Positions 12,423 through 26,951 of a stretch of 64,000 nt of DNA are shown here, piece by piece. This DNA comes from Octopus vulgaris (Eukaryota), in contig OX597815.1 in NCBI GenBank assembly GCA_951406725.2, forward strand, positions 39,866,001 through 39,930,000, in the 5' to 3' direction. Numbering within the stretch: the first letter of the stretch is position 1; every line of letters starts with the position of its first letter. Under the pieces are notes generated by a model that searched no databases, was not told the origin of the DNA, and saw only the letters and a program-made list of their open reading frames with translations. The translations under genes and the position numbers were made by a program.

Positions 12423-14188
12423 CATATAAGTGGTGGTGGTGGTGGTGGTTGTGGTGGTAGAGTTAGTCCTGTAATTATTTTGGGCAATTGGAAGATCGCT
12501 GAAACTTAGTCTTCCTATTAGGAATCAATAAGGAAATATATTGCAGTAGTTTTCCGCTTCTTCCTCTGAACTCAGAAGAAGACTTGATTTTAGCGGTGAA
12601 AGCTAAACAAAAATCAGAAAGGCGTTTATCAATTTTATAATTTTGTCATCTCCTACAACAATGTACAATAACACCTTACTTAAAGCGAAATGGTCTTTAT
12701 TGCAGAGAGTTAAGTTTTTTGGCCACACACAAAAGCAACGCAATACCGTTAGCATAATTCGAACGGCCAACCTTACTGCTTGTTGTGAAGCAACTCGTTG
12801 AATTGACTGTTTCTATTCTCGTATAAAGATGCAAAATTTAATCCTTTTTTCTTTTATCATTTTTTTTTATATCTGTGTACGAAAAACATTAAGATGCCGA
12901 GTAACTATTATGGCTAATAAGACGTGTAAGGTTACTTTATATATGTTATTAAGCATAGAATAGTAAGAAATCTTAGTTTTTTTTTTATTACAGTAGCGTA
13001 CTATCAAACACATTACCGTTTCAAATCTATTGTCCTTTGAAAAATCAATAGCTCAATACATGTGGCAGTTTTATTATACCACGGGAAGCTTCAGCCTTCT
13101 GTTGTGGGCAGCAGAAGCAGTGTTTAACTGACAACGATTCTGTTAATTTGTTGTGTATAATACAAATTCAGAAATCTCTGCAAAACTTGCGACTGAAAGG
13201 TTTTTCCACCAGAAGAATTTTATCGATGAAAAGTAAGTTAAATTCAGGACATAACAGTATCTTCCCACAACCACAGCAAGGAAATAACACTAGATTGTCT
13301 AGTTATCATTCAATACATTTTATGAAAAAATACAGTATGAAGAGCGTAAAAAATAAATAAAGCAAAACTTTATATGAACGGAAGACTAGAGTATTGTATT
13401 AATGGAAGGATTATGAATAGAAATGAAAATGGTCGGAAGCAACTTTAAGTCTTTTACGTTCAAAATCCCTAAAACCCACTTAAGTACCAGTTTAGAATAC
13501 TCTCTCTCCTGACAATGAGTAGCCTTAAGCTTGTGCTAGATATTTGCAATATTAAAGTGCAAAATGGGTAAATGGATTTGGCAGAATCGTCAAGGCGTCG
13601 GCTAAAATGCATTGCGGTACTTGCATCACTCCTTACATTTTGAGTTAAAACCTGTTGAGGTTAACTTTGCTTTTCGCCCCTGTGAGATCGATAAAATGAC
13701 TTATCAGTTGGGGTGGTCGATGGTATTAATTTATTCCTTCCCCTGGCCTTATGCCTAAATCAAGCAATTATTAAAATGTAAGAGATTACAGAGTGCCGTA
13801 TTGAATGCCGAGCAGATAAGGTTTGAGTTCAAATCAGACCAGGTCCCTTTTGTCTTTCCAATAGATGTCAGTCATCTATTGCAATTGAGTTAACTATGCA
13901 GCTATGTATGGTGAGTAGTGGGAGATGTGTTTTTTTTTTATGTCCCCAACATATGAAGCTGAGTGTATATCTTGAAGTGCTGAGATATAGTGTAGATACA
14001 GGAAAAAGATGGGGTGAGGTTCTTATCGTATTCTATTCGGAAAATTACAGACCCTTGATACGTTGTGAACTACAAATGCTTGCCGACTTGAAATATTATT
14101 TAGTAGTAGACATCGTATTGTGATGCTTATTATTTGATTGAAATAAGCAAAAATATGTCTATGTTCATTTTTTTTTTTCACAGGAACC

Positions 14189-14246
14189 ATGTTGACATAT
14201 TCTGGTATCTTATTATTAGTATTGTCTGGGATTTCTTTGGTGGCAG
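14189..14246 (+). CDS. GH18 chitinase-like protein, coding exon 1 (signal peptide)
   Basis: Acceptor tttttttcacag ends at 14183, then gaaccATG at 14189. Encodes hydrophobic MLTYSGILLLVLSGISLVA plus 1 nt. Donor GTAAGT at 14247; phase 1 matches exon 2. Confidence 0.85.
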
Positions 14247-14563
14247 GTAAGTGTAAGAAAATGACGAATACATTAAATTTCTTCTCCAGAAATTGCTGCT
14301 ATTTTAGTCAACCAATAAACAAGAAGTTTAAAGTTCGCATTGTGTCATCCACGATGTGTGTGTGTGCGACCAAAACAATTATCAAGTTACAGTATGAGCA
14401 ACCTTTCTTTCTACCAGTAGGTCTAATGAGATTATAGCTCATTAAAAAATCTAGCCACACTTTTAAAAGAATTAATTTAACAAATATCGCATGCAATACA
14501 GTGCACACCATGTATTACACTATGCCAATTATAAGAAATATAAGTTAGACTTAAAGATGTAGC

Positions 14564-14659
14564 TACAAAACGTTAAGTTTATAGAAAGCTAACATTATGC
14601 ATGCCTTACAAAACATTAAGTTTATAGAAAGCTAACATTATGCATGCCTTACAAAACAT
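14564..14659. repeat. 43-bp tandem duplication (2.2 copies)
   Basis: tacaaaac starts at 14564, 14607 and 14650; units nearly identical. Confidence 0.9.
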
Positions 14660-15449
14660 CATAAACGACAAAAAGCAGCTCTCGAGTAATTGCGGATTGC
14701 CCATGTCTGATCTAATCAAAGGTTGTATAATTCATCGCCCTCAGCAGTAGTACTATAATAAAGTACGTGTGATCCACTCACTTGTCCTACTGACTTTAGT
14801 CCTCACAGTGAGTAAACTGACATTCTCTCCTGGCGTAGCTGATAGATACCAAACCTGTGGAACAAGGCAAATTATTTTTGTATCTGTTATATTGAGGGAA
14901 ATGTTCAAATAATGATATATATCCCGTACACTGGGTCTTTGGAACATCCTAAAGCCCTCGTTTTCATGTAATATATCAGGTACATATCAGCCTGTCGTAG
15001 AAATATTTTTTCCAAATATTTCTGTTGTTTTGATTGATCAGAAACATATATTGGGAGGAAGAACAACATATTAATGAAATTGCGTCTCCTCTAAGTCTGG
15101 AAATCTTGAATTTATAAATTAAAGAATTACATATAAATAGCTGACCCCGTGCCGTCACAAATAACGGCTAAATTTAGCATTTTATATATAAATAAGGTAC
15201 AAAAGGAAGTACATAATAATCACACATACAGACATTCATATACTTCCTTTATTCATGCATTCACATACACACATATACTCACACAGAGTTGAAACGCTGA
15301 TTTGTTTTTTCACCCCTTCCTTCCTTCCTTATTCATCTATCATCCCTTCCTTTCTCTCATTGCTATTACTTTCTCTCACTCCCTCTCCGTCAGGGCTATT
15401 ACTCTCACTACTTCTCCTTCACTGAATTACTATTTTCTTTCCTCCTCTG

Positions 15450-15587
15450 CGTCCGGCGTGATTCGACTTTGCCTTTCATCCTTTCGGGGTCGATAAATAA
15501 AGTACCAGTTACGCACTGGGGTCGATGTAATCCCTTTGTCTGTCCTTGTTTGTCCCCTCTATGTTTAGCCCCTTGTGGGCAATAAAG

Positions 15588-15590
<3 letters not shown>
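15450..15590 (+). mobile_element. SINE family A, 3' half
   Basis: cgactttgcctttcatcctttcggggtcgataaa...gccccttgtgggcaataaagaaat followed by (AT)n. Confidence 0.85.
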
Positions 15591-15621
<31 letters not shown>

Positions 15622-16312
15622 ACTACGCTCATTATTATATTAGGAGATGAATAATTTTGTCGTATAGACATATTTGCCTGCTGATGGTTTTAAAGATTAA
15701 ACCAGCTTGGTCCAGGTTTTGGTGACATGTTCAAATTCCTTTTCAAGTTAAAATATGTATAGACGAGTTTAAAATGATGTTCGGAATTTCCGCTGCAGTA
15801 GCCGATCGCCAGGCAGCTGGGTCTATAAAATAACTAAAAAAAAATTTTTAATTGCTATTCCCACAACTTTTACCCCTTTGATGAAGCGATAACAAAGTCA
15901 TGAAATATGATTTCCTCACTCGCTGAAATAGTCTTGGTGAGTAGTTATGAATATAATTCTACATTTTCGTTTGAGAGACGATGAAGCGGAAGGATTGAAA
16001 AAAGAATCAATATGAGATTAAAATAGTCGGCATACATGTTTTCTAGATATATTTACTCAATCAAGATTTTTACTGAGTTAATTACTGTTAGAGCATGTTT
16101 CCAATTTTAATATAAAACTACACCAAACTCCAGAACTAAATGTGAAAAATGCACGTAAGTGGCTGTTTCGTGGATCATTTTTAAAAACTATATGAAGAAA
16201 TTTGAGCATCTCACCTGTGAGGGGTTATTTACGGCTATTGATTTGCGTGATTATTTAGCAAGTCTGTAGAATTTTTTGCACAATATGATTGCATGGTAGT
16301 GATAATTTGGTT

Positions 16313-16490
16313 AAGGCGGCGAGCTGGCAGAATCGTTAGCATGCTGGAGAAAATGCTTAGCGGCATTTCGCCAATCTTTATGTCCTTAGTTTCAGCCTTT
16401 TGGGGTCGATGAAATAAGTACCAGTCGAGTGTTGAGATCAACGTAACTGACAAGCTCCACTCCCGAGAAATTTCAGGATTTGTGCCAATA
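16313..16490 (+). mobile_element. SINE family A, degenerate
   Basis: aaggcggcgagctggcagaatcgttagca...ggggtcgatgaaataagtaccag. Confidence 0.75.
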
Positions 16491-16601
16491 GTAAAAAGGT
16501 ATTAGTAGTTTGGTGCAACAGAGCATGTGCGCATCTTATATTATACAATGGATTAACGTTGATGATACGGGAAATACTTGAGTTTAGAAGGGTTCGGTTA
16601 C

Positions 16602-16644
16602 TCTGCATTGATAAAGGACAAATACCCCGAAACATGTCTGTAGA
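16602..16644 (+). ncRNA. Hammerhead-ribozyme-like motif (U3-A8 core variant or decayed) in intron 1
   Basis: tctgca-TTGATAA-aggacaaatacccc-GAAA-catg-TC-tgtaga. 6-bp stem I, palindromic ACATGT stem III, GUC site; stem II has A.C mismatches. Confidence 0.5.
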
Positions 16645-17079
16645 TGCCTGACCAGCAAGGGGAAGCGGCTGACCTCCCCTGTTCGGAGGTTATAATGGAC
16701 ACATGTTCGTGTGTCATTTAGCTAGCTAGAGGCGATGGCCTCTTGGAGCTAATCAACGGCAGCTTTCGTCCTATATTATTCAAATAATTCAATTATTTTA
16801 TAACTTTCAGATATATTAAATACATCATTTTGTTTGTTTAAAACCCATTCAATGTCTTATTTTCAACAATATCAGTCATCTCTAGGAATTGTCTGAGATT
16901 TAGGACAGCAATATTGCAGGGAAGGGAATTATTTCACATCAAATCACGTATTAAACAAATACATCTCCGAAAACGACTTCATTATTTACTTATTTTGGTT
17001 GACATGCAGTTTATTGTCATAAAACAGTGAAAGTAAAATGTCCTTAAAAATGAAAGTATACAACGATAAAAAGCGAAGT

Positions 17080-17557
17080 GATTACAGACATATCCTGTAA
17101 TTTATAAAATAATTGTAGAAGACAACACTGAGTGTGCCTTTCCAAATGTAGACATTGCCTTTCGTACATTTTAAACAGTAATGATCACAAATTACTCAGC
17201 TGAGCGTTATTTTCTCTGTTGAATTATATTAAAAATCTCATTAGACCAACTATGCAACAAGGCAGGCTGGATACCTTATCACTAAGTATAGAAGCAGATT
17301 TGTCATGTAAGATTAATTTTGAGGGTCTGATCAAAGACTTTGTGATTAAAAATAATGTAGGGGAAAACTTTTCAAATATAAATAAAGTGGAAGTATACAA
17401 AATTAAACATTATTTTTCATCTTACTGTTAGTTTTGTTGCCTTTTGAAAAATAATACTAAAAAAAATTTTATGATTTATTATTGTTTGTATTTTGAATTA
17501 CATTTCTATGAGGGCACCAAAATCTTTTAAGTACTTAGGGGTTTTAATCCGACCCTG
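17080..17557 (+). mobile_element. hAT transposase C-terminal (dimerisation domain) relic
   Basis: FPNVDIAFRTF*TVMITNYSAERYFSLLNYIKNLIRPTMQQGRLDTLSLSIE matches the hAT dimer motif (ERxFSxLxxIKxxLRxTMxQxRL). Ends ...ccctg. Confidence 0.8.
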
Positions 17558-17706
17558 GATGAAATCTAGCACTTCATAGCTCCTTTATGTTATCAACCAA
17601 GAAAGGAGGACAGGTAACGCTGACTTGAACGGCAAACATGAAAACCTGGAACAAATATCGCAAAGCATTTTGTCCAACGTTCTAACAATTGTGCTAAACC
17701 ATAGTC

Positions 17707-17755
<49 letters not shown>

Positions 17756-18041
17756 ACAAACACACACACACACACACATTTATGCAATATCGATGGGCAT
17801 AGTTTAATAATCATCTGTTGCTGCTTAGTTCTTTGTCAGCTGGATGCTCAAAGGCGTACCAGGTATGACTACCTGGTACAGCAATGTAACCTTCCTATTT
17901 TAAGGTATCAGGTATGATTTCAAACAGATCACGCGCCCGCATAGAGATTTCCTCGTTAGCTCATGGCCCCTTTGTTGAAATGTATGGAAGAAGTTTAGGT
18001 GTAGCAGCTAAGTATCTTAAGAAATTAAGATTATATCTAGA

Positions 18042-18435
18042 CTAGCAGTATCACCCGGCGTTGCTCGGGTTTGTTTCGACCCTTTAGAATTGGAATCTTT
18101 GAAAAGTAAAAATTTTGCATTATGTAGCTTGTTATTCTCTTTAAGTGAACATTTTTCTGGTTGAAATACACCGAAAAATGGCTACACAGCAGTCAAAATA
18201 TCGTAAAAAAATAAGCATTGTCATAGAAAAAATAGCACATTTTTGATGTAAATAATTTTTGGTCTTAACATGGTCCGATTTGAATTTTTTCTTCTACGGA
18301 AGGAAGAGCAAGCCTTCTTCTATCATACTCTCAATTTTGGTCAACTTGCGCCGCAGGGTCTCGGAGGAGATAGTGTTAGTTGAAGGCTACCAAACCTGCC
18401 ACACACAGACAACTTCAGCTTTATATATAGAGAGA
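18042..18435 (-). mobile_element. Non-autonomous Helitron (same termini as the 6642/7562 copies, different interior)
   Basis: Minus strand A|TCTCTCTATATATAAAGCTG...cccgagcaacgccggg...CTAG|T. Confidence 0.8.
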
Positions 18436-19729
18436 TATCAATGCAATTGAATAGTTCTCTGAAATTCTTATGGTTAATTACGTTTCGGTATATGATCTCT
18501 TATAGCATGTTTTATGATTTTGTAATATGATCTGTCGATTGCTCCATTTGTTTACTTAATAAACCTATCGTGTAATTTTATTTAAATGTGACGGTGAAAT
18601 GAATAATTCTACTTGTTCTTTTAATATAACATGAAAGCTATGTTATCATTTTATATAAAAATGTGATGGCAAAATTATGTTGTTCGGTACATTTAATCAT
18701 AAATACGTACATGGTGCATCATATTGCGAAGTTTGCAATAATGATAGAGACCTATAACCAAGCTTTGATGTTAATTTAATATTCCACCACTAAAAAACGT
18801 ATAGAATTTATAAATATTCCATTACCTAGTACGTACGTGCCTGTCACAGGCATAGCTAGCTTAGACATTTTGTTATTCCGATCAACACGAACATTCAGTT
18901 ACCTAGACAATGTTTCTGTGAAAAACTTACTCGTAATTCTTCCTATAATCATTTCCTGAAGTGGAAAGAATATTTATTTTGATAATGAAATTAAAATCAA
19001 CATGATATGTAGATTAAGAAACTGTTCTCGGATTGTGGAATTTGTTTAATAATCAATAATTTTGAATACCATTAATTTCTTTTGCTTATATCGTCATTTT
19101 TCTTTTTCTTTGATCAATATGATATTATAACCACCTTCACACTAACATTAAATCTACGCATATTATAATCTTCTGTGAACTTTCGGTTATTTTGCTCATG
19201 GATAAAAAGAAGAGAATAAAAAGTAAAATAAGCTTATAAGTAAGGATGAAAAAAGGATAAAAAGAAAAATAAGATCAGGGATTATTGGTTTGTGTTTTCA
19301 TTTCCCATATACTTGTTCCTAATGTCGATGACTTATCTACGTCTACCTCCGAATCACTTAACGATATAAATAGATTTCTGTTGCTTTCGCATTAGCCATT
19401 CCCGAGAATCTATCAACTGAATTGGATAAGTCTTCTACAGATACTTTCACAAGATGCTATACCGTAGGACTGAGCGCAAGATTTCACGATCACGAAAGGA
19501 ACGCCTTAATCACTTAGCCATAATCGTGTCACTTTAACATCAACAATATTTACTAAAATTAAGCAATATATCTTTACAAGAAATAAAAACAAGAAAAGAA
19601 AACTCCAAAAGTATAACAGATCAAATTATTTAGGAAGTAAAACAGAACTACCTCACCAAGAAAAATTTTTAAATAAATAAAAGGGGGAGGGATTAAACAT
19701 CAGAAGATAAGGAAAAGTGAATACCAGGT

Positions 19730-20322
19730 TATAGACCCCAGACCAAATGGCTAGTTCAGTCGTACCTCGCGGATATGATTGCAAAGGCTTTGCTGCGGAA
19801 AATAGATACCAACACTCACTGCAACAGCCACCACGCGTCGCAGGGTTAATTTTTCTGACAGGCCGCAGTTATCCCGATTTTGCGGAGGAAATCAACAGTG
19901 CAGGGTCCGAGATTACCTGCGGTCTCGATAGCGACTGACACAAAGTAACAATGGTCAGCCAGGCTCTTGCATTTGCTTATTTTCCTCTCCTCTTCGTTAC
20001 GGGCGGGGATACTCGGGTTTGCGACCGACGCAACAAGGTTGGAACCGGAGAACGTGTTTAAGCACGTCGCGTCCCAGATTAGGGATTTAACTTCTTCGTA
20101 TGAGAAAAGGGTTACTCCGTCGGAGCGCTTAACATCCCCGCGCTCAAGATCTACTGGCCCCAGTTGTGACAGGAAGCCAGCCGTGTCGCGGCCGCTTCTT
20201 GTAGTCATTCAGAGCAGCGTGCCGGGATAGCCGGCCTACGATATGGATTCAGGATAATGGACGCACGTCGGATTCATAAGCTGCTTGATGAGATTGAGGA
20301 AAGATAAGCCGGCAAAGCCAGG
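19730..20322 (-). mobile_element. CRE-like non-LTR retrotransposon fragment (restriction-like endonuclease domain)
   Basis: RHAALND...LERGDVKRSDGVTL...LIWDATC...EERKISK...FVSVAIETAGNLGP, with frameshifts. Appears to continue at ~22296-22355 beyond the inserted TIR element. Confidence 0.75.
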
Positions 20323-22287
<1,965 letters not shown>

Positions 22288-22356
22288 AAGCCAGGTCCTA
22301 AGCGGAACATTGACCAAGGCCAAGGAATCTAACAAGTAACAGCCTGTTGCCAGCCT

Positions 22357-22503
<147 letters not shown>

Positions 22504-23216
22504 TTAAAATTACATATGCCCATGTGTGTCTGTGTGTGTAGATATACTAATATAAATACAATAAATATGTCACGTGTTACGCACACAAAGTATATGAATT
22601 AAAATAAACTAAAATGAGCAAAAAAATTAAATATCTTAAATTGGAAATGAAATTACAGAAAGATATTGAGATGCAAAATAAAACGTAATTCTCTCGTTCG
22701 TCTGTCTCTCTGCAAAAATGATTAACAAGAAACAAAAAGGTAAATAGAAGAAAGAGAAAAAGACATTGGAATAAAAGACTGTGCAAGTAATAAGTTTGAT
22801 AAATTTAGAGAGAACTTTTCTCTTAAAAAAAATAATACGACAAAAATGTCGCGCATATTGTGCTTCTTTTCTTTTTTATACGAAAGTCGAATTTCTTGAT
22901 TTAACATTAATCATCTAATGCTCCTTTTCTTATATATAAATATAATATATTATACTATATTAGAAATGATCCAACTTTAGCAATTCTATATATTTAATCT
23001 GATAAGTAAAGTCTGTGACCACAACCTTCTTATGTTATTCTAGATTATGAAATAGAGAAAGTTGATGTGAGTGATACAGTGTAATGCAGTCATTTGATGG
23101 AGAAAGAATGCCGAGAAGAGAGTTTCAAAGGGATGCAGTTTCGAGTAAATAAAAGGAAAAAGAATTAGTCCATTAAATATTTTCAATCACTTATCCTTGT
23201 TTTTGTTGTTTTGTAG

Positions 23217-23382
23217 GCAAACGTCTTCTATGTTACTATACCAACTGGTCTCAGTATAGATTTGGTCAAGGTAAATTCACAGCCGACAATGTTGATCCAT
23301 ATTTGTGTACCCATGTGGTATATGCATATGCGAAATTGAACGGAAACCAGCTCGCAAAAATTGAACTGAATGATGAACAGTA
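23217..23382 (+). CDS. GH18 chitinase-like protein, coding exon 2
   Basis: ttttgtag acceptor. Translates (G)KRLLCYYTNWSQYRFGQGKFTADNVDPYLCTHVVYAYAKLNGNQLAKIELNDEQ(Y), the classic GH18 N-terminal CYYTNW/DPxLCTH motifs. GTAAGT donor, phase 2. Not in the ORF track. Confidence 0.95.
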
Positions 23383-23729
23383 GTAAGTAATCCCAAGCAT
23401 TTCTATTCATTAACCCTCATAACCCAATATAGATATGAAACATCCTTATCGTGTTCCAAGATGAAGAATGATAAAATATATACAGAAAATTTGAAAATTC
23501 ATAAATTGTACTTTGGATTGCTTAGGAATAATTTTGGAACACAGTTATGGGTTTCCAGGATAAGAAACAGAGAATTTGAAAAATTGATTTAAACGACTAA
23601 GTATAAAAGGCAGGACTAGTATTTCGTTTATAGCAGGATAGATAATCAGTGAGGATGCCGAATGTAAAATACAACCGGCATTGGCATAATGAAGAAGTGG
23701 TATTGAGCGTAAAGTATAATCAGCAATAA

Positions 23730-24111
23730 TGTGTGAAAAGTCTGGCTGCATCCGAAAAAATATATATTATGAAACAAAAATAAACTCAAAATTTATTACA
23801 CGAATCTGTTACTACCACGACAGTCAACTATTTGACGCCGAACACGAGTTTGATGTTGAATACATCCACGAATTTTCCGCTCAGATAGCTCTTCCGAAGA
23901 CTGCAAGACGGCTTCGTGCAATTCATGCCTTGTTGTAGGGTTTTTCAGTTCAACTTTATCGGCCAAAACATCTAAAGTTAATAATGATTCTGCTAATTCC
24001 ACGTGTAAACATGTGTTGAATAGAACTCACTGAATAAATCTTAATTAACTGTGTTGTCAATTGTATGCACCTGACTTATGCTAACGTGTATGCAGCCAGA
24101 CTTTTCACACA
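23730..24111. mobile_element. MITE with 22-bp perfect inverted repeats
   Basis: tgtgtgaaaagtctggctgcat (23730) / atgcagccagacttttcacaca (ends 24111). Confidence 0.75.
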
Positions 24112-24532
24112 GAGGATATGATAGTAAAGATGGTGAGTGTGAGAGCGTTGTTGTTATGTAGCCTCAAGCTGTTATCGAAGAAATATATGGGGCACAGGTA
24201 ACCAGCAGAAGGGTTACACGCAACTCACAAATTTATTTTTTCCAGTTAAACCATCCTTTCGCCTAACTGGGGGCCATACTGCACACCCTCAATTTGTACA
24301 AATGAATCGTATGGGATCAGTGCGACAGTATAAACATGTTGTATTCTCCGTAATACTCTAGTATTAAAAATAGAGAAATACACACACACACACACACGTG
24401 GTGGTTACAACAAGATGGGTTCGTTCAGAACGTGACAGCTTCTGTTCCTTTGTATCTCTTAGTAGCGTACATCCGAGTGCAGTGTATAGAACGAGTGAGG
24501 CTAACGATGTTGTATCCATATCCGTACCCCTC

Positions 24533-24603
<71 letters not shown>

Positions 24604-24691
24604 GGATTTGAGCTCATTTTACAAAGAACTGGAAAGAATTACACAAAGCATTTTGGCTGATATTCTAATGATACTGTGAGTCCACATCTAA

Positions 24692-24692
24692 A

Positions 24693-24750
<58 letters not shown>

Positions 24751-24790
24751 GGAGGAGGAGGAGGAGGAGGAGGAGGAGGAGGAGGAGGAG
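24692..24790. repeat. (GAT)n(GAG)n compound microsatellite just upstream of exon 3
   Basis: Direct reading; ends 29 nt before the exon start. Confidence 0.95.
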
Positions 24791-24819
24791 TTATTGTTTA
24801 AATTATTTATTATTGACAG

Positions 24820-25072
24820 CTACCTAAAACTGAATTATTTGAAGAGCAGAAATCCAAATCTGAAAGTTTTGCTGGCAGTCGGCGGATGGAGTGTTGGATC
24901 GAAACCTTTCACTGAAGTTTCTTCACATAGTTCAAACAGAAGAGAATTTGCACATAATGCGATCCAATTTCTACGCCTATTCAAGTTTGATGGTCTAGAC
25001 TTCCATTGGATGTACCCGACATCGAAAGGTAGTCCTGCAGGAGATAAATACGAATTCGCTGAGCTTATTGCG
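24820..25072 (+). CDS. GH18 chitinase-like protein, coding exon 3 (altered catalytic motif)
   Basis: gacag acceptor. YLKLNYLKSRNPNLKVLLAVGGW...FDGLDFHWMYP...AELIA. Donor GTAAAA at 25073, phase 0. Confidence 0.95.
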
Positions 25073-25099
25073 GTAAAATTGCTTATATTCTTATATTCT

Positions 25100-25472
25100 T
25101 TTATTTGTTTCAGTCATTTGACTGCGGCCAAGTTGGAGCACCCCTTTAGTTGAACAAATCGACCCCAGAATTTATTCTTTGTAAGCCTAGTACTTATTCT
25201 ATCGGTCTCTTTTGCCGAACCGCTAAGTTACAGGGACGTAAGCACACCAGCATCGGTTGTTAAGCGATAGTGGGGGGGGACAAACACATACACACACACA
25301 CACATATATGACGGGCTTCTTTCAGTTTCCGTCTATCAAATCCATTCACAAATCTTTGGTCGGCCCGAGGCTATAGCAGAAGACACTCACCCAAGGTACC
25401 ACACAGCGGGGCTGAACCCAGAACCATGTGGTTGGTAAGCAAGTTACTTACCACACAGCCACTCCTGTGCCT
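25100..25472 (-). mobile_element. tRNA-derived SINE (family B, CORE-like)
   Basis: Minus strand ggcacaggagtggctgtgtggtaag...gggttcagccccg...ccttgggtgagtgtctt, with A/B-box-like head. Confidence 0.8.
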
Positions 25473-25974
25473 ATATGTAAACATTTTTAATATACTTTTA
25501 CAGATTTAATTTTATGCTTTATTATCGTGATTTAAATCAGCTTTCTTTTCTTTCAAATTCAAATTTCTAATCCCGCCCAATGTTGCAAGGGAATGATTGA
25601 TTATCTTCCTTGTATTAACGGCCTTTGCCATAAAATATGCTCAGCTTTTGTATTTGTTTTGCATGATTCTTGATGTAAAATCATGTATTAAAGTAAACAT
25701 TGTCGTACTTTTGGAAGGTCTGTCTGCTGACAAAACACTCGCACTCGTATTTGCTTATTTTATTTTAATTAAACGACTGATTAATTAACTAATCAATCGA
25801 TTAAGTAAATGGTTTTTCAAAATCCTTTCGTCACACTATGGTATTATCGGTCGGTTGGTCGCCTGGCTGGTGAAAGGTTGAATTGTAAACATTAAATGAA
25901 TTAAAGTGAAAATAAATGTATAAAGTAAACTAATTAATTAACTGATAAATAAGAGGAAAAACAATACAAATATA

Positions 25975-26390
25975 TTTATTTTCAGTCATTGGACTGCAGT
26001 CACACTGGAGAAGGGCTTTGAAGAGTTTTAGTCGAAAAATCAGTCTCAGAACTTTTGGTTTTTCTTCTTAAAACCGGTATTTAATCTATAGTCTCTTCTG
26101 CCGAACCGTTAAGTAAACAAACCAACACGGGTTGTCAAGCGGGATGAGAGGCAAACAAAGACACAAAGATACCCCCCAGCATACACACACACATACACAC
26201 ATATGTATATATACATATATACACACATATGATGGGCTTTCACGTAGTTTCTACCTTTCAAATTCACTCACAAGGCATTGGTTCGGAACTATAGCAGAAG
26301 ATACTTGCCCAAGGTGCTGCGCAGTGGGACTGAACCCGAAACCACGTGTTTGTAAATCTGGCTTCTTAAACCTCACAACCATTCCTGCTC
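25975..26390 (-). mobile_element. SINE family B copy
   Basis: Collinear with 25100-25472 (ttcagtcatt...gccgaaccg...atagcagaagatacttgcccaagg...gactgaaccc). Confidence 0.8.
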
Positions 26391-26393
26391 ATA

Positions 26394-26580
<187 letters not shown>

Positions 26581-26912
26581 TCAAGTCGGCAAATATTTGG
26601 ATGGATAAATGTAAAAGTAAAAAAGGGGAAAGAAATATATGAGTAAGTAAAGTGTAATAAAGGGTATTCTAAAAATTAAATAAAAAAGTATTTGAAAGAA
26701 ATAATAAATCTCTGAACGAGGTATAAACAGTAACTGCACGACACTGTGAGGTATATTTGCCATCTCAATATGGCTAACCACTATGGCTGAGTGTTACTGT
26801 AGCTTATAGCTCCAGGAGAGTATCTCCTCCAGTTGGTGTTAGGCACACTTTCTGTGCCCTAAGGTATTTGCAAAGGGAGGTCATCCTTCCCTCGTCAACC
26901 TAAGTGATACGC

Positions 26913-26951
26913 ACGGACTGCAGTTTCTAGGTATTGACCTGTCATCAGCGT
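26913..26951 (-). ncRNA. Minimal type I hammerhead ribozyme motif with intact core
   Basis: Minus strand acg-CTGATGA-c-aggt-caat-acct-a-GAAA-ctgcag-TC-cgt. Palindromic stem III ACTGCAGT and GUC cleavage triplet; C.A at 10.1/11.1. Confidence 0.65.

Noticed and set aside
25004-25012. A-to-I recoding restoring the catalytic Asp/Glu
   Set aside because: Editing CAT or ATG gives Arg or Val, not Asp or Glu.
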